Source: Diplonema japonicum (Eukaryota > Protista > Euglenozoa: Diplonemea). Taken from it: a stretch of DNA of 64,000 nucleotides. The notes beneath the pieces were generated by a model. The model made no database searches and had not been told where the DNA came from. It saw nothing but the letters and a program-made list of their open reading frames with translations. This document shows positions 37,109 to 48,746 of the stretch, piece after piece (position 1 is the first letter of the stretch; each line of letters starts with the position of its first letter). The stretch covers positions 767,852 through 831,851 of the forward strand of contig OZ025657.1 of assembly GCA_964019335.1 (NCBI GenBank), written 5' to 3'. The position numbers and the translations under genes were made by a program.

Positions 37109-37921
37109 ATGGAAACGCCGACTACTAGTTGCGGCGCTTGCGGGAGTGTGATCCCCGCGGTGTCTTTATATTGTTTAGTGTGCGGTGCTGAGCAGACCCA
37201 GGCACGAGGGACATCGCACGATCCTCGTGCATTGCTGTACTGGGCTGCTAAAGAGCTGAAGCTACCGGGCGAAGTATTAAGAGAGATTACAGAGTGGGCA
37301 CCAAGAGGGCTGAAGGGAAAGAGTTCTAGGTGGTCGCCGCACCATATCAAACTGCTAGCAACGAAAGAGCACACCAAGCTTCTGTTCCCAGAAACGCATC
37401 AGGGGGAGGACGACGACGACGATGCTTGTGAGGAATTTGGGGGCTACGCTGCTATGTGGAACAGGAGCGTGCCCCCTATGTGGGGGATGTCGATATTTTC
37501 TGTTCTTTTGAAAACCTCTTGTGCGTCTCTCTTGGAGAACATTTATCTATTCGGGATCTGTAAACCTACCGATTTCAGCCACAGCCGGCATCGTGCCCAT
37601 GATGAGTCGCACGGCCCTCTGCGTTCGTACCCCACCTCGTGCTATGCGCTGCTGATAGGAGGAGGAAAGGGTGGTGTCCACCTCACACACGACGGCCTTG
37701 GGATGAACACTGCCCGTCTCAACGACACTTTCCTCAAGGAGTCCGACCGCGTACTCATCACGCTGGCTGTGGACACCTTACAGGGGACGGCCCTGTTCTC
37801 ACTGAATGGTGTTTCCATCACTTCGTCACCTCTTGTCTTGCCTGAAGAGTACGTCACCACAGCATCTTACCCCTTTGTTGTTCTCAACACGGCAGGTGAC
37901 AGCGTTGAATGGATACAGTGA
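37109..37921 (+). CDS. Zinc-ribbon plus SPRY/B30.2-like domain protein
   Basis: CGACG..YCLVCG ribbon; C-terminal DRVLITLAVDTLQGTALFSLNG..YPFVVL..GDSVE. The ATG follows a CACCACAG acceptor at 37100. Confidence 0.55.
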   Translation: METPTTSCGACGSVIPAVSLYCLVCGAEQTQARGTSHDPRALLYWAAKELKLPGEVLREITEWAPRGLKGKSSRWSPHHIKLLATKEHTKLLFPETHQGEDDDDDACEEFGGYAAMWNRSVPPMWGMSIFSVLLKTSCASLLENIYLFGICKPTDFSHSRHRAHDESHGPLRSYPTSCYALLIGGGKGGVHLTHDGLGMNTARLNDTFLKESDRVLITLAVDTLQGTALFSLNGVSITSSPLVLPEEYVTTASYPFVVLNTAGDSVEWIQ

Positions 37922-37992
37922 GGAGGTTGTTTATTATGTGAATACATTACACAGTACCATGTAACACCACACCACAGGAGTCTATCAATAGT

Positions 37993-40900
37993 ATGGAGGC
38001 GGAAAAGATAACAGCCCTTGAGGCGGAGCTCCGAACATGGAAAGAGAAGGCCGGTGAGCTGGAGTCACAAAAAGCTGAGCTGGAGAGCAGAGAGATACGA
38101 TTGGGAAAGAGGGTGATGAAGGAAATCGAGGAAAAGGAAGGAATGTCCAAGAGCGTGATAGAAGCCGAAAGAAGAGAGCATGCCAGCGAGGTGCTGAAAT
38201 TCAAGAGTCAGATAGAAAGTTTGAAAGCAGCGGAAGTATCCGCTAAAGCGAAGTTGAGCCACGTGGAGACTGTTGAGGTGAAGAGGTTGGAGGCGAAAAT
38301 CGAGTCTATCGACACAGAACTCAAGCTGGCGAAGAACGGCTACACAGACTTACAGGAGAGGCTTCAGCAGGATACAGCTGAAAAGAATACGGAATTGGCG
38401 AAAGCGCTGGAGGAGAAGCGTTTTGCAAACACGGAGAAAATCACAGCTATCTCGTCGAAGGAGGTGATGGAAAAGCGCCTGCAGCACCTAATGGAATCCG
38501 TCACATCGCATGAAGGGAGCCTGCAAGAGATGAAGGAGATGTCAAAAAAGCTCAAAAAAGAAACAAGTGAACGCGAGAGCTCGCTGCGAAGGGAAGTCAG
38601 ACAACTGAAGTCGGCAACACGCTCTTTCGAAAACGAAATTGCCACTCTTAAGAAACAGCACGAAGTGTCAAAAGAAGAGGCAACGCAAGCCGAGGACAAA
38701 GTGCAACGTCTCAAGATCAAGCTGCAAGAGATGGGCATTGCTCACGCCAAGGATACAGAGGCAATGGAAAAGGAGAGGAGGTTTGCTGAGAATGAGGTTG
38801 AGAGAATGCGCCTCTTCGCTCAGAGGTTGGAGGAAGGCAAGACGGATACCGAAATAGTTAAGAGACTCCTCGGTGACTCATGCCACCTTGATGAGACAGC
38901 CTTGCAAAAGTTAGCCACAGCACAGCGTCTTGTTGCAGACGAGCTTGACTTAAACATGACGAACGCCTACAGCAAGTGGCTGGAGATGCGGCAGAGGCTT
39001 CAGGCGACCGAGAGCGAGAACAGCAGGCTGATTGACAACCACGCGGCCACAGTCGAAGCGTGCGAGACCATGGCACCCGCTATCTTTAACCAACACCGTG
39101 AATGCCAGCAACTGATTAAGCAGCAGTACAAGCTCCAATCAAGCAACACCCAGTTGTCGAAATCCTACTATGAGGCGCAGAGCGCTCTGTGTGCAGAGAG
39201 GAAGAAGTCAACTGAGAGCGAAAAACAAGTGAAAATACTCGAAGAGCAGTTGAAGGAAATTCAAGGCCAGTTGCGGAAGTGGGTGCAAGAGCCGATCGAA
39301 ACCGAAAATAAAACCAAGGAAGCAACTTCGAGAGCTGACCTGGTTCACAAGCGGAACGTGGAGCTCGAGGAGAAGAATGCCACGTTGAGGGCAAGAATTA
39401 AACACGACACAGACAGGGGCACCAGGGAGAGGGAGATTGAAGAGAGGGCTCGGGAGAAGGTTGAAGCAATCAAACAGGAGTTTGACTATGTGTGCAACGA
39501 AAAGGCTCTGTTTTCTGAGCAGCTGGAAGACGTTAGGCAGCAGCGTGACAAGGTGTTCAAGCTGCTTAGCGACTACGCCAGCGTGTCTTCTGATGTAGAT
39601 CTGCAGACGAAGCTCGGCGATGCACAGAAGGAGGGCGGCTTCTCGGTGGGAGACGTGTCTAGCGAGGTAGGCACCACACTAGGTGCCTTGCAATCCGCGC
39701 TTAATGCGGAAGCACTCCAGTGCAAGCCGATCCAGGTGGGTGAGCTGAAGACGAAGGTAACCGACCTGGAGCTTAAGCTGCAGAACGCCACCGAAAAATT
39801 AGAAGATGTGACATCGAGGTACACCGAAGCTGAGGCAGCGCTGCTGAGGGAGAACGACTACAAAGAGGAACTGCACTGTAAGCTGCAGGAATGCATCGAA
39901 GTCTCGACAAAGAGAGCAGAGGACGAAGTCAAAAAGCAGGAAGAAGTTACAGAGCTGCACAGAGAGAGGGAGACAGCTCTCTTGGAACTCAGGAGTCTTA
40001 AATCTTCTGTCGTGCAGGAGCAGGAAATAGTATGTCTATAGTCATAATACAAGTTTTCACAGCGCGGGCTTGCCGAACAGGATATGGCACACTTGAAGGC
40101 AGTTAACCAGAATCTCGAAAAGCTTTACAGTCAAGCCGTCGAGGACAACAAAATGTATGCTGATATTGCACATGTGCATTCCCTACAGAATGAACGGGTT
40201 TGCGGTTGAGGTGCAGCAGATGGTCGACCAGGTCAGAGATGTGCAGTCCGGAGAAGTGGAGTCGAAGAATAAACTCATGGAAGAACAGCTGAAGAAGATC
40301 AACCAGTTAGAAGAGCTCCGCAGAGAAGAGCGCCAGGACTGGCTTGGTGCCGAGAATCGTCTGAAGCTGCGATTGAGGGAAGCGAAGACACAGCAGTACG
40401 CTGCCGAAGACGAATGCAGACGGAACGAGTCTGTTGCCATTAAGCTAAAACACGAATTGGAAACAGCGAAGAAGGTGACCGAGCATTTGGAGAGCAGGAC
40501 TGAATTCTTGCAAAACCACTTGAAAAAGGTGCTCACACTAGGGGCAGAGCGAGCGGATGAGTCTGTCATGCAGGCAAACACTATTGAAACATTGAACAAG
40601 GAAGTAGCTATGCTGAAGGACATCAAGGCTGCCTTGGAGAGCAAGTACGAAGCAGGCACCGCAGAATGGGAAGAAGCCAAGTCAGAAAGGGAGACGCTCC
40701 GTTCTTACAACAAGGAGCTTGCAAACCGTGTAGAAGAGCTGGAGAACGTGCAAAAGAATGCACGGGAGATAGCATCCACAAACCAGAAGCAACTGCAAGA
40801 TAAGCTTGATAAGGTATGACAGATCACAAACATCAACACCCACAGACCGTCGAAGATCTCTCAGAGACAACCCAGCAACTCAAAAATGCAAAGGCTGAAG

Positions 40901-43683
40901 TGGAGAAGCAGGCGAAGCTTGTATGCGACAATAACAACAACAACAACGATACCCAATATCAATAACTAGGTCGTGATTTGCGAGAGCGAGAAAGTAGCCT
41001 TGATTCAAGAGATCGAAAGCCTGAACCATAAGGTCACTTCTACGAAGCAGACACTTGACGCGGCATACACGGAAAGGAATAAGGGCCACATTGAGTTGGG
41101 CAGCGTGATGGAAGATGCGAAGCGTTGGAAAGAAGAAAACATAGAGCTCAAAAAGAAGGTCGCAGAGGCAGCTGCGCAGATCAGCACGAACCAAGCAGTT
41201 GACAAGACAGCAGTGACTGCAGCGCAGAGAGAAATAGAAGAGTACAAGAAGGAGGTAGCACTGCTTCGTGAAGATGCTGCCACCAAGGAGCAGATCTTCG
41301 AGAAGCTCTCAGAGGTGATCATCTCCGCAGGGGAAGCCGCAGTGCCAAAGGGTGACGCGCAAGTTGCAACACTGAAGCAGCTGCTAAGCAACAAGAAGCT
41401 TGAATTGCAGCGTTTGACAAACGAGGTGCGCTCACTGCAGCAAAACGTCCGCCCCATATGCACAGTAATGGACAACGAGAAGGTGAACCTGATGGAAATC
41501 AGAAGGCTGTTTAATGAGAAAATCGAACTCTTGAACAAGACGAACACAGCATTGCGCACTGAGCTGTCACGTTCCGAAGAGAAAGAAAAGCTCCTCCAGG
41601 ACGAGATCAAGGAATTGAAGGAGCACATGGCTGAAATCACAAAAGAAAAATCGCGTGCTGAAACTGACAAACGCAAATCCGACCTGAAGGTGAGTGAAGT
41701 GGCACGTGACATTGGTCTCATTGAGGATGCGAGGGTATGAACAAAAACACAACATAGTAACTCATGCAGATCCAACTGAGGGAGAGAACTAAGGTTGAAA
41801 AGCAGATGACAAAGCTGCAAGAGCAATCAAGGGAGAACCAGGTGGTGGTACAAGCTCTGCAATTAGAATTGAGTGAGAAAGATAAGGAGATTGATGAGCG
41901 GACCAAGAAAGAAGAGGAGCTTGTGCAACAGCTGGACAAACTTGCTGCCGACCAACAAAAAGTGACCAAGTTAGAGACCATTGTGCTTTCTCAGCAAAAA
42001 GCCATTGAAGATCAAACTAAGGCTCAAGCAGAAGCAAAAGCAGCAGCTGAGGAGCAGACCAGGGCAGCAGCAGAAGCACAAGCAAGGGCGGCAGCAGCTG
42101 AAGCACAGGCAGCAGAAATACAGGCACAAGCTGACGCGAGGGCTGCAGTGGAAGCACATGCACAAGCTGAGGCGAGGGTAGCAGCAGAGGCACAGGCACA
42201 AGCTGAGGCGAGAGCCGCAGCAGAGGCACAGGCACAGGCACAAGCTGAGGCTAAAGCACTAAATGCAGCGAAGGCAGAAGAGCAAGCACAGGCTGAGGCA
42301 GCTAAAGCCCAAGACGCTGCGAAGGCAAAAGCGGAAGAACAGGCAAAGGCAGTGAAAGCACAAGCTGAGACAGTAACCAAGGCACAAGCCGAGGAAACGC
42401 AGGCAAAACAGGAGCAGGACAAGGCAACTGCAGTGGCTGCTGCAGAGGCAAAACAAGAACAGGTGCAACAAGGGAAGCGTATGAGAGATGAACAGGAGAC
42501 GAACGAGGACGCAAAAAAACGTAAATTGGAGGGCGGTGAGATTGAGGAGGAGGCAGAGGAGCTACCTGTAACCGCAACCATGGAGGTTGAAGCACCTTGC
42601 GAAGAAGCGGAAGAGATTGATGCGTACGCGCAAGAAATGTCTGCTGATCCCGAAGCGTGCGAATTGGAGGCGGAGGCAGTTGAGGAGGCGGAGCAAGTCG
42701 AGGTTACTGATGCCCCCGAAGAAGGTGAGGATGCTGAAGTGCAGGTACGTGGTTTTCAATCTATAACAACATGGCAGGACATCGTGCCGCAGGATACACA
42801 AGCCACGATCTCTACCACTCTGGACGCATCGCAAGAGTCGATGGAGCCCTTTGCTTCTGAGGAAAACTTACAGAAGCCCGGCCTCGACGAAGCAGATGTA
42901 CCTGTGCTTTCAGAGTCGCAAGAGGCCATGGAAGAGCCAGTGCAGGAGGGCGAAGCAGCTAAAGCAACGGAAGCAGAGACCGAGCCTGTTATCGAAGCAG
43001 TGGAGACCGAGCCTCCTGCCGAAGATGAGGCTGAGACAGAAGTGCAGCCCGAGCAGATAGCGACCGACGCTGGCACTGAGGCGTTGCCAACAGAGCAAGA
43101 AGCTGTTCCCGAACCTGCAGCCACTGAAAAGCAAGAAACAGGCACAAGTGGCATATCCCCTCTTGCAACTCCTTTTGCACCAAAACCGGCTCCCAAAACT
43201 GCGTTCACAGCTGTGGCAAACCCGTTCAGTCAAGCACGCGCGAATCCTTTTGGGGCTGGTATGGTACACTGTCAAAACAAAGCATCTACAGCACCCCCAT
43301 CGGCCGCGTCAACCTCGTCAGCTCCGAGCAATCTTAAACGCTCCTTGGGTGAGAGCAAAGAGGAGAAGAAGAAGCCGCGTTGGGCGGAAGGCTGGAGCGA
43401 CACAAAGTATGTTAGTGCCACAACTACGCATTGCGACAGGACTTCGGCCGAAGGCGTACCATCGCACAACCGTGCTGCGGTGGGACCACCAGGGAGCAGG
43501 GGAATGCCCAATGTTGCCACAGAAACAACTGAGCAGGTTGTTTTCCAGTCTCCGACAGATAGCACCCCAGCCTCGCCTACACCTTCCCCAGTGCCCACGA
43601 AGGATAAGAATGAAGAGCTCGTGCAACTGCGAGCTCAACTCGCAGCCTTGCAAGCTAAGCAAACCCAGCCGGCGAGCGAATAG
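37993..43683 (+). CDS. Long coiled-coil protein, TPR/Mlp/NUA-like nuclear basket nucleoporin candidate (~1,802 aa, 8 introns)
   Basis: Introns 40030-40062, 40155-40188, 40814-40845, 40921-40969 and 41735-41769 fuse four track ORFs in frame. Further in-frame introns are likely at 42745-42777, 43259-43291 and 43407-43439. MTNAYSKWLEMRQRLQATESENSRL..VEACETMAPAIFNQHRE resembles the conserved TPR segment. Acidic disordered tail with a bipartite NLS-like KRMRD..KKRK. Confidence 0.6.
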
Positions 43684-43774
43684 CTAATGCAAACACCAAT
43701 AAGCTTTTCACGTATCATAACATTAGAAGTGTATTAACAGTGAGGCTTGTACTGTGTCCAACACCACAGGTAAG

Positions 43775-45883
43775 ATGTACTTAACATGGCTACCCATCTT
43801 TGCCGTATTCGGCACAACGAACACGACTATCACAACAGTGCACGTTGTGCAGTCGTGCCACTTGGACGTTGGGTTCGCAGGAACTGCAGCTGAGATCATT
43901 AATGAGTATTTCACTACTTACATACCAAGAGCTATCGAGACGGCAAACGAGTTGGAAAAAAATGAGTCGCAATGGGGGCTGAGGTTTATGGCACAGGCAT
44001 ACTATCTCTCGCTGTATCTGGACTGCCCCAGCGGGATGGGGCTTGAGTGTCCATCAGAACAGAACAAGAGCGCTTTGGTACAGGCTCTGAAGAAAGAAAC
44101 TATTACATATCATGCATTCCCTCATAATGCTGAGTTGGAAGTAGGGACGACAAGGGTTCTTGCGGAAGGCATAGCACAGGTCCACGCCTTAGACGACTAC
44201 TTGGGACTGCAGAGGAAGACAATTCTTAGCCAGCGGGATGTGCCTGGCATCACAAGGTCAATCATACCGCTTCTCGTGGAGAACAATGTGACTGCCATCT
44301 CCGTGGGTGTGAACGGTGCTTCTATGTATCCGAAAGTGCCAAAGATAATGAGGTGGACAGACCCCCTGTCACAAAAGATGGTGGTCGCAATGTGGCACCC
44401 GAAAGGTTACGGAGGGTATACTCTTGAGGAGGCGGTGATTGTCCCAGGTCTCAGTCACGCGCTTGTGACAGATTGGAACGATGACAATGCGGGTCCGAAG
44501 AGCGCTGACCAGATCGAAAAGGACATGCAGGCCATCCAAAAGGAGTTCCCCAACGCACAGATCGTGGCTTCCACATTTGAAAACTTTACGCAGCATTTGC
44601 CCCCTGTCATGGATGCGATTCCCGTATGGAAGCAAGAGATTGGCGATACATGGATTTACGGTGTCCCTTCTGATCCAAAAAAAGTTACGGAAACTCGTGC
44701 CCTGCACCGAGCATGGGATACTTACCTCACCAACGGTGGGCAGCGCGATGCAACGTATCTCAATGCCACTAGGTTGATGTTGAAAGGCATTGAGCATACG
44801 TGGGGTAGAGATGTGAAGTCGAACCTGAAGGATAATGCTGACTGGAGCAATCCCGATTTTGAGCAAGCGAGGACTAGTGGCGTGAATAGGTCACAGTTCC
44901 AGGTGCTTGAAGCCTCGTGGTGGGAGCAACGCGAATGGGGTGTTGATATCCCCATCCAGACTTTGAAATCCGCAAACCACAGTCTGTACACCATCGTTGC
45001 AAACGAGCTGAAGGGCACTGTTCCACGGAGGCCGGTGCTGCAGGGTTTTGAGAAGCTGACGAATGCAAGCGAAGTGATTACCTTCGGCGATGTCTCGATG
45101 GGCTTCGATGCAACAACTGGCGGCCTCACTGCATTGGACATTGGGGGAGTTCATTATGCCAGTGCGGCACAACCGATGTTCTTGCTGAACTACACTACTT
45201 ACTCGCAGGCGGACTACAACACTTTCATCAACGAGTATTGCAGCCTGCAAAAGCCGCCATCATGGTTCATGCACGACTTCGGGAAACCGAACGACACCGT
45301 GTCAAACCACACGTATTGGTTGGGCGCGCTGCAGGGCGTGTATGTCAACCGGCAGACAGAGACGGTGGTGCTGAACCTAACAGTTGGGGACGGGACCCCA
45401 CACGTCTCATGCGGGGCACCAGGTGAGATCTATGTGCAGTACCAAGCTGTGGACAGCGGTCTTGACGTTACGTTCAACATGTTCAACAAGACATCGACCC
45501 GCCTACCTGAGAGCATGTTCATTGTTATGAACTCGGTAGGCAGCAACAACACATGGGCAATGAAGAAACTTGGTGAATGGATACCAATCACCCCTTCTCT
45601 GGTTGTCCCTGGGGGGTCCACTCATCTACACGCACTGTCCGAAGGGTTTCGTCATGGGGACCTCACCATCACTCAGATGGACTCTGCAGTGGTGTCGCTT
45701 GGCACCCCCTTCGGATTCCCCACTCCTGGTTCCACCCCACCTGATCTTACGCGAGGCATTTCCTCTCTGTTATGGAACAATCTATGGGGCACGAATTACG
45801 TGATGTGGTACCCTTTCAACAAGAATGGCATCCCTGTCCAAGGCGAGGCTGACCTTGTATACAGATACTCGCTGAGGCTGTGA
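43775..45883 (+). CDS. Secreted glycoside hydrolase, GH38-N-like / DUF5054 family
   Basis: Signal-like N-terminus, VHVVQSCHLDVGF metal motif, SQRDVPG, EIGDTWIYGVPSDPKK, EHTWG, WNNLWGTNYVMWYP; many NxS/T sites; intronless. Confidence 0.7.
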   Translation: MYLTWLPIFAVFGTTNTTITTVHVVQSCHLDVGFAGTAAEIINEYFTTYIPRAIETANELEKNESQWGLRFMAQAYYLSLYLDCPSGMGLECPSEQNKSALVQALKKETITYHAFPHNAELEVGTTRVLAEGIAQVHALDDYLGLQRKTILSQRDVPGITRSIIPLLVENNVTAISVGVNGASMYPKVPKIMRWTDPLSQKMVVAMWHPKGYGGYTLEEAVIVPGLSHALVTDWNDDNAGPKSADQIEKDMQAIQKEFPNAQIVASTFENFTQHLPPVMDAIPVWKQEIGDTWIYGVPSDPKKVTETRALHRAWDTYLTNGGQRDATYLNATRLMLKGIEHTWGRDVKSNLKDNADWSNPDFEQARTSGVNRSQFQVLEASWWEQREWGVDIPIQTLKSANHSLYTIVANELKGTVPRRPVLQGFEKLTNASEVITFGDVSMGFDATTGGLTALDIGGVHYASAAQPMFLLNYTTYSQADYNTFINEYCSLQKPPSWFMHDFGKPNDTVSNHTYWLGALQGVYVNRQTETVVLNLTVGDGTPHVSCGAPGEIYVQYQAVDSGLDVTFNMFNKTSTRLPESMFIVMNSVGSNNTWAMKKLGEWIPITPSLVVPGGSTHLHALSEGFRHGDLTITQMDSAVVSLGTPFGFPTPGSTPPDLTRGISSLLWNNLWGTNYVMWYPFNKNGIPVQGEADLVYRYSLRL

Positions 45884-46262
45884 TCATAGTTCTCCTTTAC
45901 CCTTTACATGAACGTTTAAACCGTCTGATTGAATAATGTTTGGACCCTCTGGCAGTTCTACTTTTTGGGCGCTGCAACCTCTTTGCCCTAATGTCCCACG
46001 TCTTGAGTGACAAAACATATATGCACAATTTATCTTTTTTTTTTTTTAATTGGGATCGCAGCTTGAAACCGTAATATTACTGAAGTAACACATAGAGCAA
46101 GCCGATTTGCAAGGTTTTTTTTCTCTTTCTTGAAGCCCAAATGAAAAAAAAAAGAAAAAAAAATGAGACCGGAATGCCTTACTGTTTAATTAAGGTTGTG
46201 TTTACAATTTGTCCTATTTTTTATTTTGAAAAGGGTTTTTCCATTTTAAACTTACCACAGGC

Positions 46263-47249
46263 ATGCGGGAAGAAGTCACACTTTGGTGGTCCATCGCACT
46301 AATAAGAGATGTCGTCCTAGACCACTTATGTCTCACTGATGTTATAAAGCTCCTTCATACGTCTGCTGCCATCAGACAATTATGTGAAGCTTACGTACCG
46401 ACCATCCTGAAGGGAAAGGTCGTGAGGAACAAACGCCTTGCGATGGTCGATGACAGTGAGGGGATTGAGAGCTTGCTAGTCGCTGCTGGCGAATTGCACT
46501 TGAGGGAAAAAGGGAGCGTTCTTACTGACTACATCCCGCGGCCACACGATTTCAGCCAAGACAAGCCCTTCGAAGTTGGGGAGCAACTCGACATTGTGGA
46601 CACGGTGTATCTGTGGTACGACACGACAGTTGTCGATACTAAAATAGAAAACGGAACGGAACGCTTTAAAATCCACTACCATCACTGGTCGAATAAATGG
46701 GACGAGTGGATCACCCCGTCCGAGTCGCCTGATAGAATGGCGCCATTGGGAACACGAGTGTGCGGTGTTCGTGGGGACAAGTCGTGGTCCAAGCACAGGG
46801 ACAACAACACATTCTTGGTATGGTATCCACCTGAGGTGTTTGCGGGGAAGGTGCCCGACAACGCCATGCTGCGCCCCTTGATGGCTGAAGCACTAGCGTT
46901 GTTGCTTCCTGACCTCCCTGTGGGAATACTTGATATTAACTGGTCATTACATGGCCCTTTTATACACTTGTACCAAGCGTTCGAGTCTCGTCTTGTTAGC
47001 CCCTACGTCCTTGCTGACCACTACACTGTTGTTGGTAACTCTGGTACCTTCATCAGCCGTGTTGTTCACTACACCGAGATGTGTGATGGCGAAGAGGTGC
47101 AGCTCTCGCATCGCTTCCTTGTACAATGGTGTAAGAACATGTTAGTTATTGTGAGAAGGATAGGGCCACGAGGTATGCGCCCACATCCGCGCAATAACAC
47201 ACTCAGGTTGTCTCGGCTACCCCACACAGCACCTTTGGAACCGATGTAG
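46263..47249 (+). CDS. F-box-like plus Tudor/Agenet/chromo-barrel-like domain protein
   Basis: IRDVVLDHLCLTDVIKLLHTS (F-box-like); FEVGEQLDIVDTVYLWY..IHYHHWSNKWDEWI..RMAPLGT (Royal-family barrel). Confidence 0.55.
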   Translation: MREEVTLWWSIALIRDVVLDHLCLTDVIKLLHTSAAIRQLCEAYVPTILKGKVVRNKRLAMVDDSEGIESLLVAAGELHLREKGSVLTDYIPRPHDFSQDKPFEVGEQLDIVDTVYLWYDTTVVDTKIENGTERFKIHYHHWSNKWDEWITPSESPDRMAPLGTRVCGVRGDKSWSKHRDNNTFLVWYPPEVFAGKVPDNAMLRPLMAEALALLLPDLPVGILDINWSLHGPFIHLYQAFESRLVSPYVLADHYTVVGNSGTFISRVVHYTEMCDGEEVQLSHRFLVQWCKNMLVIVRRIGPRGMRPHPRNNTLRLSRLPHTAPLEPM

Positions 47250-47381
47250 TGGCGGTGCTTGGGACTATGATGCAGCAGTTCCCGAGAGGCACATGCCTTA
47301 CGACTAGCCTGTGATCGTTTTTTTAAAGTAATTGCTATTGCAGCCAGACAGCAATGAAGTAGACAGGAGACCTGTATCAAC

Positions 47382-48488
47382 ATGGCGAAAGGTAAAGCAA
47401 AGGGTGGTGCAAAAGCACAGTCTGCTGCATCTGATACAGCAAGAGCGTGCACAACCTGTAGCGAGGAAAAACCAAAAGCGGAATTCACAGGAGGGCAATG
47501 GAAAAAAGCGGAAGGGAGACAATGCAAGTCTTGCACAGAGGCAGAAGAGGCTTTGCTCAAACCTGCGGAGGAATCGAAGAAGTTGAAGGAAGAGGAACAG
47601 CGAAAAATGAAGGAAGCTGACTTAGCAGAAAGGCAGGAAAAGAACAAAGAAATGCCCGCCGACGGAGAGAAGGCAAAGCAAAAAAGGCGCGAGATTGCTA
47701 TGACCAAGGTGCTCCAAGACGAGGGTGAGCTGCAAGACAAGGTAACATTCGCCTCGTACCTCGAAATCGACGTCGAAGACATCAAGGAGGATGCTGCCGC
47801 CATCCAGGGGAGGCTCTTCGTGGCTGTGAGGAGCACGCTAATGAACCGTTCTGCCTCCGAGAGGGGGGCCTACAATGCTTACACTAAAACTCTTACCGAC
47901 GATGAGCTGCTTGGACTTGCGTGTGAGCTGGACCTTCTCATGAGTGAGCTTGAAGGGAAAGAGAGAGAGATCATCATTTCACAGGTGAGGGAGGCTGCGA
48001 AGCAGAAGGCTAACAAGCGGATGTGCGAAACATGCTCAGAGTGGAAGCCCAGGAACGACTTTGGCCAAAATCAGTGGAAGAGGACCAACGGCTCGCGTTG
48101 CAAAGAGTGCATGAAGCGTGAGGAAGAAGAGAGAAAGTACCTTGAAGATCACAAGCGCATGTACGGGCAGCTGCCCGAGGAGATGGAAGATGACGTCTAC
48201 ACCTCCCAGGCCAATCTTTACGAGACCTTGCAACTGACGGATGACGCTTCACAGGAGGATATTAAAAAGTCATACAGGAAACTTGCAATTAAGCACCACC
48301 CTGACAGGTTCGCCTCAAAACCCGAGGAAGAGCGCCTGCAAGCTGAAGAAGTTTTTAAGCTGATCACTGAGGCCTATGAGACACTCAGCAACTCTGCCAA
48401 AAAATCGCAGTATGATAAAGAACTGCAGCGCAAAGCAAGAAAGGCAAAGAAGAAGGCTGCCGCAGCTGCTGCCAAGGAAGATTCGTAG
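47382..48488 (+). CDS. DnaJ-domain protein with two Stc1-like zinc motifs
   Basis: C-terminal J domain with HPD (IKKSYRKLAIKHHPDR); two copies of CxxCxxxKPxxxFxxxQWKxxxxxxCKxC. Confidence 0.8.
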   Translation: MAKGKAKGGAKAQSAASDTARACTTCSEEKPKAEFTGGQWKKAEGRQCKSCTEAEEALLKPAEESKKLKEEEQRKMKEADLAERQEKNKEMPADGEKAKQKRREIAMTKVLQDEGELQDKVTFASYLEIDVEDIKEDAAAIQGRLFVAVRSTLMNRSASERGAYNAYTKTLTDDELLGLACELDLLMSELEGKEREIIISQVREAAKQKANKRMCETCSEWKPRNDFGQNQWKRTNGSRCKECMKREEEERKYLEDHKRMYGQLPEEMEDDVYTSQANLYETLQLTDDASQEDIKKSYRKLAIKHHPDRFASKPEEERLQAEEVFKLITEAYETLSNSAKKSQYDKELQRKARKAKKKAAAAAAKEDS

Positions 48489-48746
48489 ATGCTTTTCTTT
48501 TTCGTTTATATCTGTTTTTCGCTTCATATTCTAAGGTATCCGTAGTTGCCTAAGGTTTTGCGTGAAGAATTTGTACCTGAAACCCGTGCATGGCATGAGA
48601 GATATGAAGCGCCACTTCCTATTTATTTCCATCACTTCTCATTATACACCATCAAATGTCTGTGTTTTTGCTTAGTTTCCTTTAAATCACTCTGCCATCT
48701 ATCTATTGCAGTGCTCTTCTTCTTTACATGAACTTCGTTCCGTTGA

